Positions 29,192-40,116 of a stretch of 64,000 nt of DNA are shown here, piece by piece (position 1 is the stretch's first letter; the number at the start of each line of letters is the position of its first letter). Source of the DNA: an uncultured Verrucomicrobiae bacterium (GTDB lineage: Bacteria > Verrucomicrobiota > Verrucomicrobiia > Limisphaerales > Palsa-1400); the NCBI GenBank assembly GCA_963707025.1, contig CAVPOM010000005.1:320001-384000 (forward strand), in the 5' to 3' direction. The notes beneath the pieces were generated by a model. It was not told where the DNA came from, searched no databases, and saw only the letters and a list, made by a program, of their open reading frames with translations. Made by a program: the position numbers and the translations under genes.

Positions 29192-32100
29192 TCGCCGCGC
29201 GGCGGAGCCGGTGGCCAGATGGGAACAAAGTGATACCATTGGGTAATATACTGCCGAATGAGCGGCTCGAAAACACTCATGATTTTTTGCGTCAATTGGA
29301 TGCGCGCAGCCCGGTTGCCAATCATGGCACGATCGTAAGCAATTTCCGGCCGGACTTCGCCCTGGTAGCCTTCGACCGTCCGCACGATGCAGGCGGGCAA
29401 GATCGCGCAACCGGAAGCCCGAGCCAGCTCCGCCGCAGCGATGGAGGCGGAGAATGGCCGGCCAAACAAATTAACCGTGACGGCGGTGGATGCAACCGGA
29501 CGGTCCATCAGCAACGCCACCGTCGCGCCCGCCTGCAGGCGTTTCACGATTTCAACAAAGGCAAATGCGTCCTCGCCCACCACGATCGTTTCCACTCCCC
29601 AACGCGCGCGAGAGGCCTGCCGCAGTTCCGTCAGGCCCGGATCGGGTTCGGGTTGAGTCAAGACGACCAATTTGAAGCCCTTGCGGGGGAGATAGGCTCC
29701 TCCGATTTCCCAGTTGCCCAGATGCGGAGTGACCAGGAGAACTCCTTGGCCGCGCGCCTCGGCCGCCTGGTAAATCTCCCAGCCTTGCCAGCGCATCACC
29801 CAACTGTCGAGCGCCGCCCCGCCTTCGTATCGCCAGAGATCCGCGATCTTTAGCGCGAATTCCGTAAACAGCTCCTGAGAGGCGGCGGCGGCGGCGGCTG
29901 GGTCATCCTTGAGAACGGGGCGCAAATTTTGAATCACAACCTCGCGCCGCCGCGCGGCCACCTGCCAGTAAATCGCCGCGCCCCATTGAGCGGGCGTCCG
30001 GATCACCCGGACCGGGAGATGGCGAGCCAAACCCAGGCCAATTCTCCAGATCGCGCCCCGGTAAAATTGGGACGGTGCCGGCGGCGCGGCCGGCGCCCTT
30101 TGGTCCTTTCGAGCAGCCAGTATTTTCCACCAAACCGGCAGGAGAAAAATCGAGATCAACATATTGCCCGCCAACCCGGCCGCGCAAATCTGTCCCAGGC
30201 TGGCCATGCCCGCGTTGCTGGAGAAGCCAAGAGAACCGAAGCCCGCCACCGCCGCGCCGCCGCAGAGCCACAAGGCGCGTCCCACCGAGCGGCGGGCGGC
30301 ATCCAAACTTCCGCCATGCCGGCGCAAGGCCAGTTGCATAAACAGGCTGTAGTCCACCCCGGTGCCGAGCATCAGGGGGAGGGCCATGAGATTGAGGACA
30401 TTCCATGACCAGCCCGCCATTTTCATCACGGCGAGGAGGCAAAGCCCGCTCAGCAACAAAACGCCCAAACTGAGAAGGATTTCCGCCAGGCGGCCAAACG
30501 CCAGCCAGAGGGAAAGGAGGACCAGGCCGGCCATCGGCAGAAGCACCTTCCATAAATTATGTTTGACTTCGTCCAGGACCGCCCGTCCCAGCAGATTCCA
30601 GCTTGAAAGCCAGATGCCCTGGCCCGCCAGCGGGCCGCCCGCCCGGGCGAGCGCGCCAGCATCAATGGTGTCCGCCGCCGGATAAAGAAAGCCGGCGGCG
30701 AAAAGACCTTGCGGATCGCGGGTGGCGATCTTCTCAAAAATCCACCGGCTGGCCGCGTTGGTTGGCCAAAAAACATTCGTGGCGCCGGCGGCCTGCTGCC
30801 AGGTTTCGAGGATTTGCGCGTTCAATCCGAGGGCGTCCCCGGTGAATCCGCCGGCCAGCGCCGCCGTCCGCATGGCGCCGCTTTCGGCGGCGAGGCGCCG
30901 CGCCGTGGCGCGGTTGGCCGCCTGCATTTCAGGGCGGGGCCAGAGGGCCTCGGGCAAGGTGAAGCCAGTGAGCAAATGGTTCGACACGGCGTTATCCAGC
31001 GCCGGTTGGATGGCGGCCAGCCGCCCGGCGATTTCGCTTTCATCGCGGCCGGAAACAACCAGCCAAAGAGGGTCCTGTTTCTGTCCGAGATTTTCCTTGA
31101 TCGCGTTGAGCGCCGCGTAAGCCCCGCTCTGGCGGGGCTCCATGGCGTGAGTGCCGGCATCCATTTTGGGCCAGCCGAAAGAACAGGGTGGCAATGCAAA
31201 ATAAAATCAAACCGCCGGTGATGGCAAAAACAAATTTTGCGCGCCACGGATTCAGCGGTTCGGCGGCTGTCTTTTGCTTTTCGGCGGGCGGAGGAGAGCC
31301 GCGCCGTTCCATTCGGCCCGGAAACAGCGGCGGCAGAAAAGCCATGATCATGACCAGGGCGGAGAGGGCCACACCAATGGCAACGAGCGAGCCAAGCTGG
31401 GCCAGGCCGGGCAACCCCCCGAGATTAAGCACCAGAAATGCCGAGATGGTGGTCATGGCCGCCCAAAAGATGCTCGGGGCAATGGCGCGGCGGACTTCGG
31501 GGATGGAGAGGAGCGGGCAGGCCAATGCCTCCTGGTAATGCACCACGGCGTAATCCACCGCCAGACCGAGCAGGATCGCGGCAAAGCCCATGCTGATGAC
31601 GTTGATCGCGCCGAGCATCAGGCCCCCCAAGGCGAGCGTGCCGGCCAGAATGAGCGCCAGCAACGTCAAGAGCCAGAGCATCGGTTTCCAGCGCCGGTGC
31701 GCCAGCCAGAATAAGAATGCGATGATCAATGCCGTGCCGCCGGCGGACAGCGTGAGGTCGTGTTTCATGCTGCCGGAAATTTCCGCGACGAAGGCGGGCC
31801 GGCCCGTGTAGCCGAGGGTTGCCTGGCCGGCGGGGGACAAGGATCGCTCCGCGATTTTTTGCACGGCATGGAACCATTCCGTGCATTCACGGTAACCGTT
31901 CAATTCGCCGCGTGCTTTGATAAAAATAATCCGGAAGGCGCCGTCGGCGGACGCGAACATGTCTTGTCCCTGTCCGAAACCCGGCGCGGCGCCGGTGATG
32001 GCCGGGGGCAATTGCGTCAGGCCGAAGGGGTCGTAACTCCACTGGGCGAGATCGGCGGGCGAGAGCGTGGTGGCCAGTCGTTCGCGCGTGGCAGTGAGGA

Positions 32101-32500
32101 CGGCGCCCAGGTTGGTTTCCGCGAGGCGGTCCGCCAGTTGGGCAAAGACTTCTGGCGGCTGATTCAACCAAAGGTAACCGACCAGTTCTGCCATTTGTTC
32201 CGGGTGTTCAAGCCACGGTGGCTGCCAGGTGGCGTCGGCCACAAGATTGGTTTCCTGGCGCAAATTCGCGGCGATGGATTGGGCCGCGGATTTTGCCGCC
32301 TCAGCGTCGGCTCCGCGGACTGTCAAAATGAGTTCGCGCGAGTTGGCAAAATGTTGCTGGTAAATCTTCAGCCCTTGCACGGCAGGAAGGCGCTCAGGCA
32401 GAAGGCTCAGCACGTCGGCGTCGAAGTGGAGACGGGCAAACCCGGCGGCCATCGGGAGGAGCAGGGCCAGCCACCACCAGTGGAACCAGCGCGGCTTCAT
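29188..32500 (-). CDS. MMPL/RND exporter fused to a C-terminal lysophospholipid/lipid A-type acyltransferase; apparent frameshift ~31178
   Basis: Two MMPL halves (GLAVDYAVV and GTGVDYSLF), followed in frame by VTPHLGNWE, VALLMDR and QWYHF. Confidence 0.82.
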
Positions 32501-33006
32501 TGGAAGAACTGGCCCTCCAGGAATTCTCCGGTCACGGAATTCTCCAGCCGCCAGGAACGGTCCGTCCGGCTGGTGAACTTCCAGGGGTCGTCGGCCGGTG
32601 TTCCGGCGAGGATGCGCACCAGTTGAAACCAGACAAAGCGCGCTGGCGGTGCGCCCCGCCCGCGCCATGAATGCTGCCCGGCCCCGAATTCAATCTGCCA
32701 GCGACTGTCCGCCACTTGCGCCGCGGCCAGCAGAAAAGGGGTTTTGGAGAATTGAACCACATAATTCCTGTTCGTGTTGACGGCCAGCAACAAATCGCCG
32801 GCCAGTTCCGGCCGGCTTTGGGACGGTTTCCAGACAGCCTGCCCCTGGCGCAAGAGCCAGCCGGGCGCAGAGAAATCAGCGGGCGGCGGAGAAGTGGCCG
32901 TGCGGCAGGAGATGCAGAACAGAAAGCCAAGCGCCAACAGCGTGAATCCATCAATCGCAAGGTGCGGCGGCCGGGCGGACGGAGCAATGTGAGGTTTAGG
33001 TTTCAA
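32497..33006 (-). CDS. Hypothetical lipoprotein
   Basis: Hydrophobic stretch with lipobox-like FCISC, then GW..RQGQAVWKP. The TTG start overlaps the upstream stop; the start position is uncertain. Confidence 0.6.
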   Translation of the reverse strand: MKPKPHIAPSARPPHLAIDGFTLLALGFLFCISCRTATSPPPADFSAPGWLLRQGQAVWKPSQSRPELAGDLLLAVNTNRNYVVQFSKTPFLLAAAQVADSRWQIEFGAGQHSWRGRGAPPARFVWFQLVRILAGTPADDPWKFTSRTDRSWRLENSVTGEFLEGQFFQ

Positions 33007-34307
33007 GTCTTCACAGGTCCGCGGTATGGGTTCAGCTTTCGCGGGCGGCTGGCGCCGAAAAAAATGCGCGGCACGATCGGAAAGAAGCGTTGAATTCTGA
33101 CCAGCAGGAAGAAATACTCCAGACGCCAGCGCAACGGCCATCCACCCTCCAGTTCTCCGGCCAGCACGGCGTTGACCGCGGAGGGGAGGTCGTAATGGTT
33201 GCTCGGGCGCAGGAAAATCTCCATGAACGGGGTGGTGTAGTAGTTCTCCACTACGCGCCAGTAAAATCGCAGTCCCCGGCGCACGCGCTTTTCGTAGGCC
33301 GCAAACAGGGCCGCGCGGGGTTGCCCGTGTGCCAAAGATTTTTCGACAACGCCCGCCGCCAGCTTGCCCGACCACATGGCCAGAAAGACGCCCGCCGAAA
33401 AAATGGGGTCCATGAAACCGGCGGCGTCTCCCACCCGCAACACACGATGGCCGACCAAGCGGCGGTTGTGATAACTGAAATCACTGGTGGTTTGAATCGC
33501 GCCCAGCAAGCGGGCCTCTTTCATGCGCTTGCTGACCGGTGGAGTGGACTCGACCCAGCGATGAAAGATATCCTGGGGCGAGCCTCCGGAGGTGGCGAAC
33601 TCATCCTTGTCAAAAACAATGCCGACGCTGGTTTTGGTCCCGGACAGCGGAATGATCCAAAACCATTTGTTTTCCAGGCGGACAATGATGGTGTCGGTGG
33701 CCGGTTCCCCGGCATCGCGGGCCACGTTTTCAAAATGGCCGAAAACGGCGAGCTTCTTCCATTTGGGATGCACCTGGCGCAGATTCTCCTGGTTGCCGGT
33801 CAGGTTGCCGCGCCCGGAGGCGTCCACCAAAAATGATGCGCGAAACTGGTGCGTTGTTCCGGCGGGATCGCGCGCCTCCACGCTGACTTGCTGCGCATCG
33901 GAATCAAAGCGGCTGACCGCCCAACCCTCCCGAACATCGGCCCCCGAGGCGCGGGCGTGTTTGAGCAGCACATGATCCAGGAGGGCGCGTTCGACCTGGA
34001 TGGCGTCCGGCGCCCGGTTGAACCTGCCCTCGCGGAAAACGAACCGGGTGCAGATCGAACCGTTGCCCAGCTCAAATTGCGCGGCGTATTTCATGGGAAA
34101 TCCCGCCTCCCGCAAGGCAGGCAGAACGCCCATCTCCTCGAAAATAATCATGTTGCACGGCAGCAACGATTCGCCGATGTGGAAGCGCGGAAAGACCTCC
34201 TTTTCCAGCACCAGCACCCGTTTGCCGGCCCGCGCCAGAAAGGTGGCGGCGCTGCTGCCGCCGGGACCGCATCCAATCACCAACGCATCGTAGGTCGTTC
34301 CAGTCAT
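33003..34307 (-). CDS. Flavin-dependent halogenase-family FAD oxidoreductase
   Basis: GCGPGG, FPRFHIGES, candidate catalytic Lys (FPMKY), WFWIIP (WxWxIP) and GDAAGFMDPIFSAG. Confidence 0.85.
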   Translation of the reverse strand: MTGTTYDALVIGCGPGGSSAATFLARAGKRVLVLEKEVFPRFHIGESLLPCNMIIFEEMGVLPALREAGFPMKYAAQFELGNGSICTRFVFREGRFNRAPDAIQVERALLDHVLLKHARASGADVREGWAVSRFDSDAQQVSVEARDPAGTTHQFRASFLVDASGRGNLTGNQENLRQVHPKWKKLAVFGHFENVARDAGEPATDTIIVRLENKWFWIIPLSGTKTSVGIVFDKDEFATSGGSPQDIFHRWVESTPPVSKRMKEARLLGAIQTTSDFSYHNRRLVGHRVLRVGDAAGFMDPIFSAGVFLAMWSGKLAAGVVEKSLAHGQPRAALFAAYEKRVRRGLRFYWRVVENYYTTPFMEIFLRPSNHYDLPSAVNAVLAGELEGGWPLRWRLEYFFLLVRIQRFFPIVPRIFFGASRPRKLNPYRGPVKT

Positions 34308-34705
34308 GCAAATCAATTGTCTTGGAAGCCCGCAATCATGGCAAGCACAGGAGGCCGCCGTCAAACATTACCAAGTGACGGTCAAGGGCCGCGAAGAGGC
34401 TGGTCCGGCTGCTGGATTTGCTGGCAACGCCCGCTCCCGGCGACGGTCGTGAGCGTCAGGTAGTTATGGATTCTGCCGGGCTCATCGGTTAATGTCGTGG
34501 CGCATGAACGGCGAGGCCATGAAGATCATAAGCGGAAGGCGCTTTTCCGCGTCGTAAATCTACCTGCGCGTTAAACCCATGCAGCGGAGGAAGCACGCGG
34601 ACCGGTGTCGTCCGGGAGTTGAAAACGAAGGGCTGGGTTCGACCGGCTGACCGGCAAACTGACAGACTGAAAACAGATATTGTCCAGATCCAAGAAAGCC
34701 AACTT

Positions 34706-37144
34706 ATGAAGCAAAAGAAATGGGTGTTTTGCCTGGCGGCTGCCTCGGTGGCGCTGGGAGTGATGCTGGCCGCCGCACCCCCGGCCAGCGCCGGCGAAAC
34801 GCCGCGCGAGAAACTGTTGATGGACTTTGGCTGGAAGTTCCATCTCGGGAACGAATGGGGCACCGGCGAGGAATTGATCAATTTGGGCATCAGCACCGGT
34901 CCGGCCAAGCCCAGTTTCAACGACGCCTCCTGGACCGCCATAAACCTGCCGCACGACTGGGCAGTCGCCCTGCCATTTGACCGGAGCGCACTTGGCAATC
35001 ACGGCTACAAAGCCGTCGGGGCTGGTTTTGCCCAAAACAGCGTCGGGTGGTATCGCCGCGCGTTCACTCTGCCGCGCGAGGACGCGGGCCGGCGTCTCTG
35101 GATCGAGTTTGGCGGTGTTTTTCGCAACAGCCTGGTGTACGTGAACGGCTGCCTGATCGGGCGTCAACCCCGAGGATACAGTTCCTTCCGTTACGACATT
35201 ACCGATGTTGCCAACTACGGGGGGAAGAACGTGGTTGCGGTGCGCGTGGATGCGTCGCAGGTCGAAGGCTGGTTTTATGAAGGGGCGGGCATTTACCGCC
35301 ACGTCTGGATGGTGAAGACCGGCCCGCTGGCCGTGGCCCCGGATGGCACTTTTGTTTACAGCCGGTTCAAAAACAATGTGCCGCAGGGCAAGGCTGAGAT
35401 AGACATCGAAACGCGGCTGGCCAATTGGCAAACCAATTCCGCCAGCGCTGAAGTGCGTTGCGAGATACTGGATGCCGGCGGCAAGACGGCAGCCACCACC
35501 CACGCCGCCGCCACCGTGGAGCCTTCCGCCACCACGGATGTCAAACAAAAGACCTTCGTTTCCTCGCCAGTCCTCTGGTCGCCTGAAGCGCCGCGGCTTT
35601 ACAAGCTGGTGACCACCGTCCTGTCCGCCGGCAAGATCGTGGACCGGACGGAGACTGAGTTCGGCATTCGCACGCTCGTCTTTGATCCCGTTAAGGGGTT
35701 TTCCCTCAATGGCAAACCATACGTCATCAAAGGCACTTGCAACCACCAGGATCACGCGGGCGTGGGGATTGCTTTGCCCGATGCACTGCAGTATTTTCGC
35801 GTCGCCAAATTGAAGGAGATGGGTGACAACGCCATCCGCACCTCGCACAATGAGCCAACGGAGGAATTGCTGGAAGCGTGCGACCACCTCGGCCTGTTGG
35901 TGATGGATGAGAGCCGGGTCTTTGCCAGCGACGCGGCCAATCTCGTGTTGTTGGAGAACCAGGTTCGCCGCGACCGCAGTCATGCCAGCGTCTTCCTCTG
36001 GTCCCTCGGCAATGAGGAACCAGTCCAAAGCACGCCCCTGTCGGCGCATGTTGCCCAAACCATGCAGAATTTGGTCCATCGGCTTGACCCGACTCGTGGT
36101 GTGACCTATGCCGCGAGCGTCGGCAACGAGTTCCGCGGCGCAAACAGCGTCACCGACGTGCGCGGCTGGAATTATCATACCGGCCGCGCCATGGAACAGT
36201 ATCACCAGGCCCATCCGCAGCAGCCCAACGTCGGGACGGAAACCGCCAGCACCCAAACCACGCGCGGGATTTACACGAGGGACCGTGCGCGAGGCTACCA
36301 AACCGCCTACGACGCCGCCGGCACGGAGACCGCCGAACACTGGTGGCCGTACTACGCCGACCGCCCCTGGCTTTCCGGCGGCTTCGCCTGGACCGGCTTT
36401 GATTATCGCGGGGAGAACAGTTGGCCCTGCATCAACGCGCACTACGGCATAATGGACACCTGCGGTTTCCCCAAGGACAATTATTATTATTATCAGTCCT
36501 GGTGGAGTGACAAAACGGTGCTCCATCTTTTGCCGCACTGGAACTGGCCCGGCAAGGAAGGGCAGGACATTGATGTGCGGTGCCTCAGCAATTGCGAGGA
36601 AGTGGAACTGTTTCTCAACGGTGCCAGCCTGGGCAGGAAAACCATGCCGAAGAATTCGCATCTCCAATGGATGGTGCCCTACGCTCCCGGCACGGTTTCG
36701 GCCAAAGGCTACAAGTCCGGCCAGGTCGTGGCCGAAGAAAAAGTCGAAACCACGGGCGCGCCTGCCTCCATCAAGCTCACGCCCGACCGCCCGGCCATCC
36801 ATGGCGACGGCGAAGATCTCAGCATCATCACTGTCGCCGTGACTGACGCGCAAGGGCGTGCCGTTCCCGTGGCGGGAAACCTGGTCAATTTTGAAATCAA
36901 CGGCGGGGGAAAAATCATCGGCGTGGGAAACGGCGACCCGAGTTGCCACGAGCCGGATGTTTACCTTGAGGAGGCCTCCTCCGGCTGGAAACGCAGCCTG
37001 TTCAACGGGCTGGCCCAAGTGATTGTCCAGGCGGGGACCAACGCGTCCGAAATCCGGTTGACCGCCCGTTCCGAGGGCCTGGCCGAAGACACCGTCGTCA
37101 TCCCAACCAGGGAAAGCCCTCTTCGCGCCACTGCGCCACAATAG
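34706..37144 (+). CDS. Glycoside hydrolase family 2, beta-galactosidase-like
   Basis: Signal peptide, LPHDW, GWFYEGAGIYR, NHQDHAGVG, IRTSHN, WSLGNEE and WTGFDYRGE. Confidence 0.9.
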   Translation: MKQKKWVFCLAAASVALGVMLAAAPPASAGETPREKLLMDFGWKFHLGNEWGTGEELINLGISTGPAKPSFNDASWTAINLPHDWAVALPFDRSALGNHGYKAVGAGFAQNSVGWYRRAFTLPREDAGRRLWIEFGGVFRNSLVYVNGCLIGRQPRGYSSFRYDITDVANYGGKNVVAVRVDASQVEGWFYEGAGIYRHVWMVKTGPLAVAPDGTFVYSRFKNNVPQGKAEIDIETRLANWQTNSASAEVRCEILDAGGKTAATTHAAATVEPSATTDVKQKTFVSSPVLWSPEAPRLYKLVTTVLSAGKIVDRTETEFGIRTLVFDPVKGFSLNGKPYVIKGTCNHQDHAGVGIALPDALQYFRVAKLKEMGDNAIRTSHNEPTEELLEACDHLGLLVMDESRVFASDAANLVLLENQVRRDRSHASVFLWSLGNEEPVQSTPLSAHVAQTMQNLVHRLDPTRGVTYAASVGNEFRGANSVTDVRGWNYHTGRAMEQYHQAHPQQPNVGTETASTQTTRGIYTRDRARGYQTAYDAAGTETAEHWWPYYADRPWLSGGFAWTGFDYRGENSWPCINAHYGIMDTCGFPKDNYYYYQSWWSDKTVLHLLPHWNWPGKEGQDIDVRCLSNCEEVELFLNGASLGRKTMPKNSHLQWMVPYAPGTVSAKGYKSGQVVAEEKVETTGAPASIKLTPDRPAIHGDGEDLSIITVAVTDAQGRAVPVAGNLVNFEINGGGKIIGVGNGDPSCHEPDVYLEEASSGWKRSLFNGLAQVIVQAGTNASEIRLTARSEGLAEDTVVIPTRESPLRATAPQ

Positions 37145-37219
37145 TCTTTCTAAACAAAAGTGCCATTATGAAATTGCATCAAACCGCCCCGTCGCCCAAC
37201 TCCCTCCGAGTCGCGGCCA

Positions 37220-38922
37220 CTCCGCTCCTCGCAAGAAAAATGAAAAATATCCATGTTCTGCGACTGGTTCCACCCGTTCGTAGTGTCTGGATTGTCAGTT
37301 TAATGATACTACAGGCGATTGGTGCCGGGGCCTCCCCAGGAATCCAGACCAACCAATTCCATAACCTTCAATCTGAACCGGATGCTGTCTCGGTGGTCAC
37401 GGAGACGGGTGCGGATGAACTTAAAGCGGAGGTGAAAGGTCTTTGGACCAATGGCAGTGTCAAAATCAGGTTCGACCCGAATGACAATGGCTTGACCATT
37501 GAACTGGCCGCGCCCAAGGAGGCTTTGAAGTGGTTGCAAATCCGGTGGAACGCGCCGCTCCCGTCAGATTGGAAATATTTGGGTGACGCGTGGGAACGCG
37601 CTTATGGCGATCTGCAATGGAAGGCTTTGGGTTCCAATCGGGTCATGCCTTGGTATTTTCTGGCCAGCGACGGCACTAATACACACGGCTATGGGGTCAA
37701 AACCGGCCCGTCGGCCCTCTGTTATTGGACGGCGGACGAGAACGGCATCACCCTTCACGCCGATGTCCGCTGCGGGGGAATGGGGGTTCAACTGGGGGAA
37801 CGCAAGCTGGATGTTTGCACGGTGGTCAGCCGCTGCGGCCAGTCCAATGAAACGCCCTTTGCCGCCGCCCAGGCGTTTTGCAAATTGATGTGTCCCAATC
37901 CGCGCCTGCCCCGGCAGCCGGTTTACGGTTTCAACGACTGGTATTGCACATACGGACACGACACCGCGGATAAGTTTCTGGACAATGTGTCCTGGCTGGT
38001 TTCACTCGCCCCCAAAAATGGCAACCGGCCCTTCGCCGTGGTGGATGATGGCTGGCAGTGGGCGGGTGAACACGGACAAAGCCCTGGCCTGTGGAACCAG
38101 ACCAAGCCTCAGTTTAGCCAAACCTTGACCATGGCGGAGTTCGCCAAAAAGGTCGCCGCTTTGGGCGCGCGTCCGGGATTGTGGTATCGCCCTTTGCTGG
38201 CCAACGCGGACCAGCCGCAGAGTTGGCGCTTGCAACGGGACTCTAAAATCCTGGATCCCACCGTTCCAGAAGTGCGGGCTTTCCTGCGCGAAACCATGGC
38301 CCGTTTTCGCGGCTGGGGCTATGAACTCATCAAGCATGATTACTCCACGGTGGACCTTTGCGGCAAATGGGGAAACAGAATGGGCGCGGCCGTTACTGCG
38401 GACGGCTGGGCTTTTGCCGATCGTTCCAAGACCACCGCCGAAGCCATTCGTGATTTCTATTCCGATCTTCGCGCCGCGGCCGGCGATCAAACTCTCATCC
38501 TGGGTTGCAATACGATGGGGCATCTGGCGGCGGGTCTTTTCGAGATGCAGCGCATCGGCGACGACACCAGCGGGCGGGATTGGACCAGGACGCGCGGAAT
38601 GGGCGTCAACTGCCTGGCTTTCCGCGCGCCGCAGCATGGAACCTTTTTTGCCGTGGACGCCGATTGCGCCGGCCAAGTTTCGAGCAATTCGGTGCCGTGG
38701 GAGAAGAATTCGCAATGGCTTGATTTGCTGGCGCGCAGTGGCACGCCGCTTTTTACATCCTTTCCGCATGAAACTGTGAATTCAGAGCAGGAAACCGCCG
38801 TGCGCGCGGCGTTGCTGGCTGCCTCCCGTCAACAGCCCTTGGCCGAACCTTTGGATTGGCAGGCGCAGCGCGCCCCAGCGCAGTGGCGCTTGGATAACAA
38901 GGAAGTGACTTTTTCATGGTAA
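37220..38922 (+). CDS. Clan-D (GH36/GH27-like) alpha-galactosidase-like hydrolase; start may be 37168
   Basis: YGFNDWY, VVDDGWQ, GLWYRP, LDPTVPE, IKHDY and QRIGDDT. Confidence 0.75.
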
Positions 38923-39092
38923 AATGAGCGAGGCTGAATCTTCCGGCGGCGGCGCAAGGGCGATGCTGGCATGGCGGCGCGATCAACCGGTGATAAAATA
39001 GCATCCGGATGCGCGAAAATGGCATCCTGATCGCCGTTTCCCGCAAACTCCCAAGGCAGGGCAGGAGGAATGCAGGCCAAGACGATTGCAGA

Positions 39093-39950
39093 TCAATAGG
39101 ACGGGTCCAGTTGGTTGGCGAAGTTGGGGGCTAACGCCGGCCAGGTCACCTCGAGATGGTATTGGTTGTCGTTGTTCCAACGGGGCCGCCAAATGCTGAG
39201 CGGAGATGGGTTGACGACATCATTGCGCGTTGCCTTTTCCACATGGCCATCGCAAAACGCGATGTCGGTTTTGTGATTGTGGCGGTTGGAGGGCAATTGA
39301 CCGCTATACCCGGTGGCGGAAGTGTCCTGAGTATCGGTGGGATCCAGATTTGCCTCCCACGAACCGTTGTCTTGAGTGACCGGGAGGGCGCGGGTTTCTC
39401 CGAGCGCGATCATTTGGCTTGGCGCGGCCACGTCCGAGTCTTTTACCTGGCCCTTGTAGAAGCCCCCCGTCACATCGCCACCGAGTCCGAGTTGAGGACT
39501 ATTGTTGAGATTCACTCCCCAATCGTTGTAACCCATTGAAAAGCGGCTGTTTGGAGTGACGATCAAAGAGTTGTAGTTGCCATTCAGGTCCGCTCCGCCC
39601 AGGGTCGGGTTTAAATTTGTATCCCAAGCGGCGTCCGACGGGGCTGCCGGGCAGCAGAAGGCGTGCCGGTTGTTGCCTGCGTTAATCAGCACGCGCACCA
39701 TCCAGACGTAACTGCCATTGACTGCGTCGTAGTCTCCGGGATAGCACTTGGCGTCCACGACATACATGGAAATGGCGAGGCCAACCTGCCTGAGGTTGTT
39801 GATGCACACGGTTTGCTTGGCGGCCGCCTTGGCGCGAGCCAGAGCGGGGAGCAGCAGCGCGGCAAGAATGGCGATGATGGCGATGACCACCAGCAACTCG
39901 ATCAAAGTGAAGGCCGCCCTCCCGGCGCGGATACAGACTCTCGTTTTCAT
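39093..39950 (-). CDS. Prepilin-type N-terminal cleavage/methylation protein with H-X9-DG motif (DUF1559-like)
   Basis: [34 protein letters not shown] and [15 protein letters not shown]. Confidence 0.92.
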   Translation of the reverse strand: MKTRVCIRAGRAAFTLIELLVVIAIIAILAALLLPALARAKAAAKQTVCINNLRQVGLAISMYVVDAKCYPGDYDAVNGSYVWMVRVLINAGNNRHAFCCPAAPSDAAWDTNLNPTLGGADLNGNYNSLIVTPNSRFSMGYNDWGVNLNNSPQLGLGGDVTGGFYKGQVKDSDVAAPSQMIALGETRALPVTQDNGSWEANLDPTDTQDTSATGYSGQLPSNRHNHKTDIAFCDGHVEKATRNDVVNPSPLSIWRPRWNNDNQYHLEVTWPALAPNFANQLDPSY

Positions 39951-40044
39951 AAAGCGTCAGCGTTAGTATGCAGAAATAATGTAATCGAACCAAGCCTCTT
40001 TGTCAAAAATGAGTGCCGCTGCACCTGCTTCATCGTGTCAGGAA

Positions 40045-40068
40045 CGGCCGGAGCCGAAGCTCCGGCCG
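40045..40068 (-). terminator. Strong hairpin downstream of the giant LamG gene (terminator or mRNA stabiliser)
   Basis: Perfect 10-bp stem cggccggagc/gctccggccg with a TTCG loop on the minus strand; the U-tract is weak. Confidence 0.55.
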
Positions 40069-40116
40069 CCCGGTTTAACACATAATGCAAGGTCAATACG
40101 CATCAGGCACAGTTGC

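Noticed and set aside
34571..37141. Long antisense ORFs (856 aa here; also 50038-52578, 56421-58007, 13160-14644)
   Set aside because: They are shadows of GC-rich real genes on the opposite strand and show no recognisable motifs.
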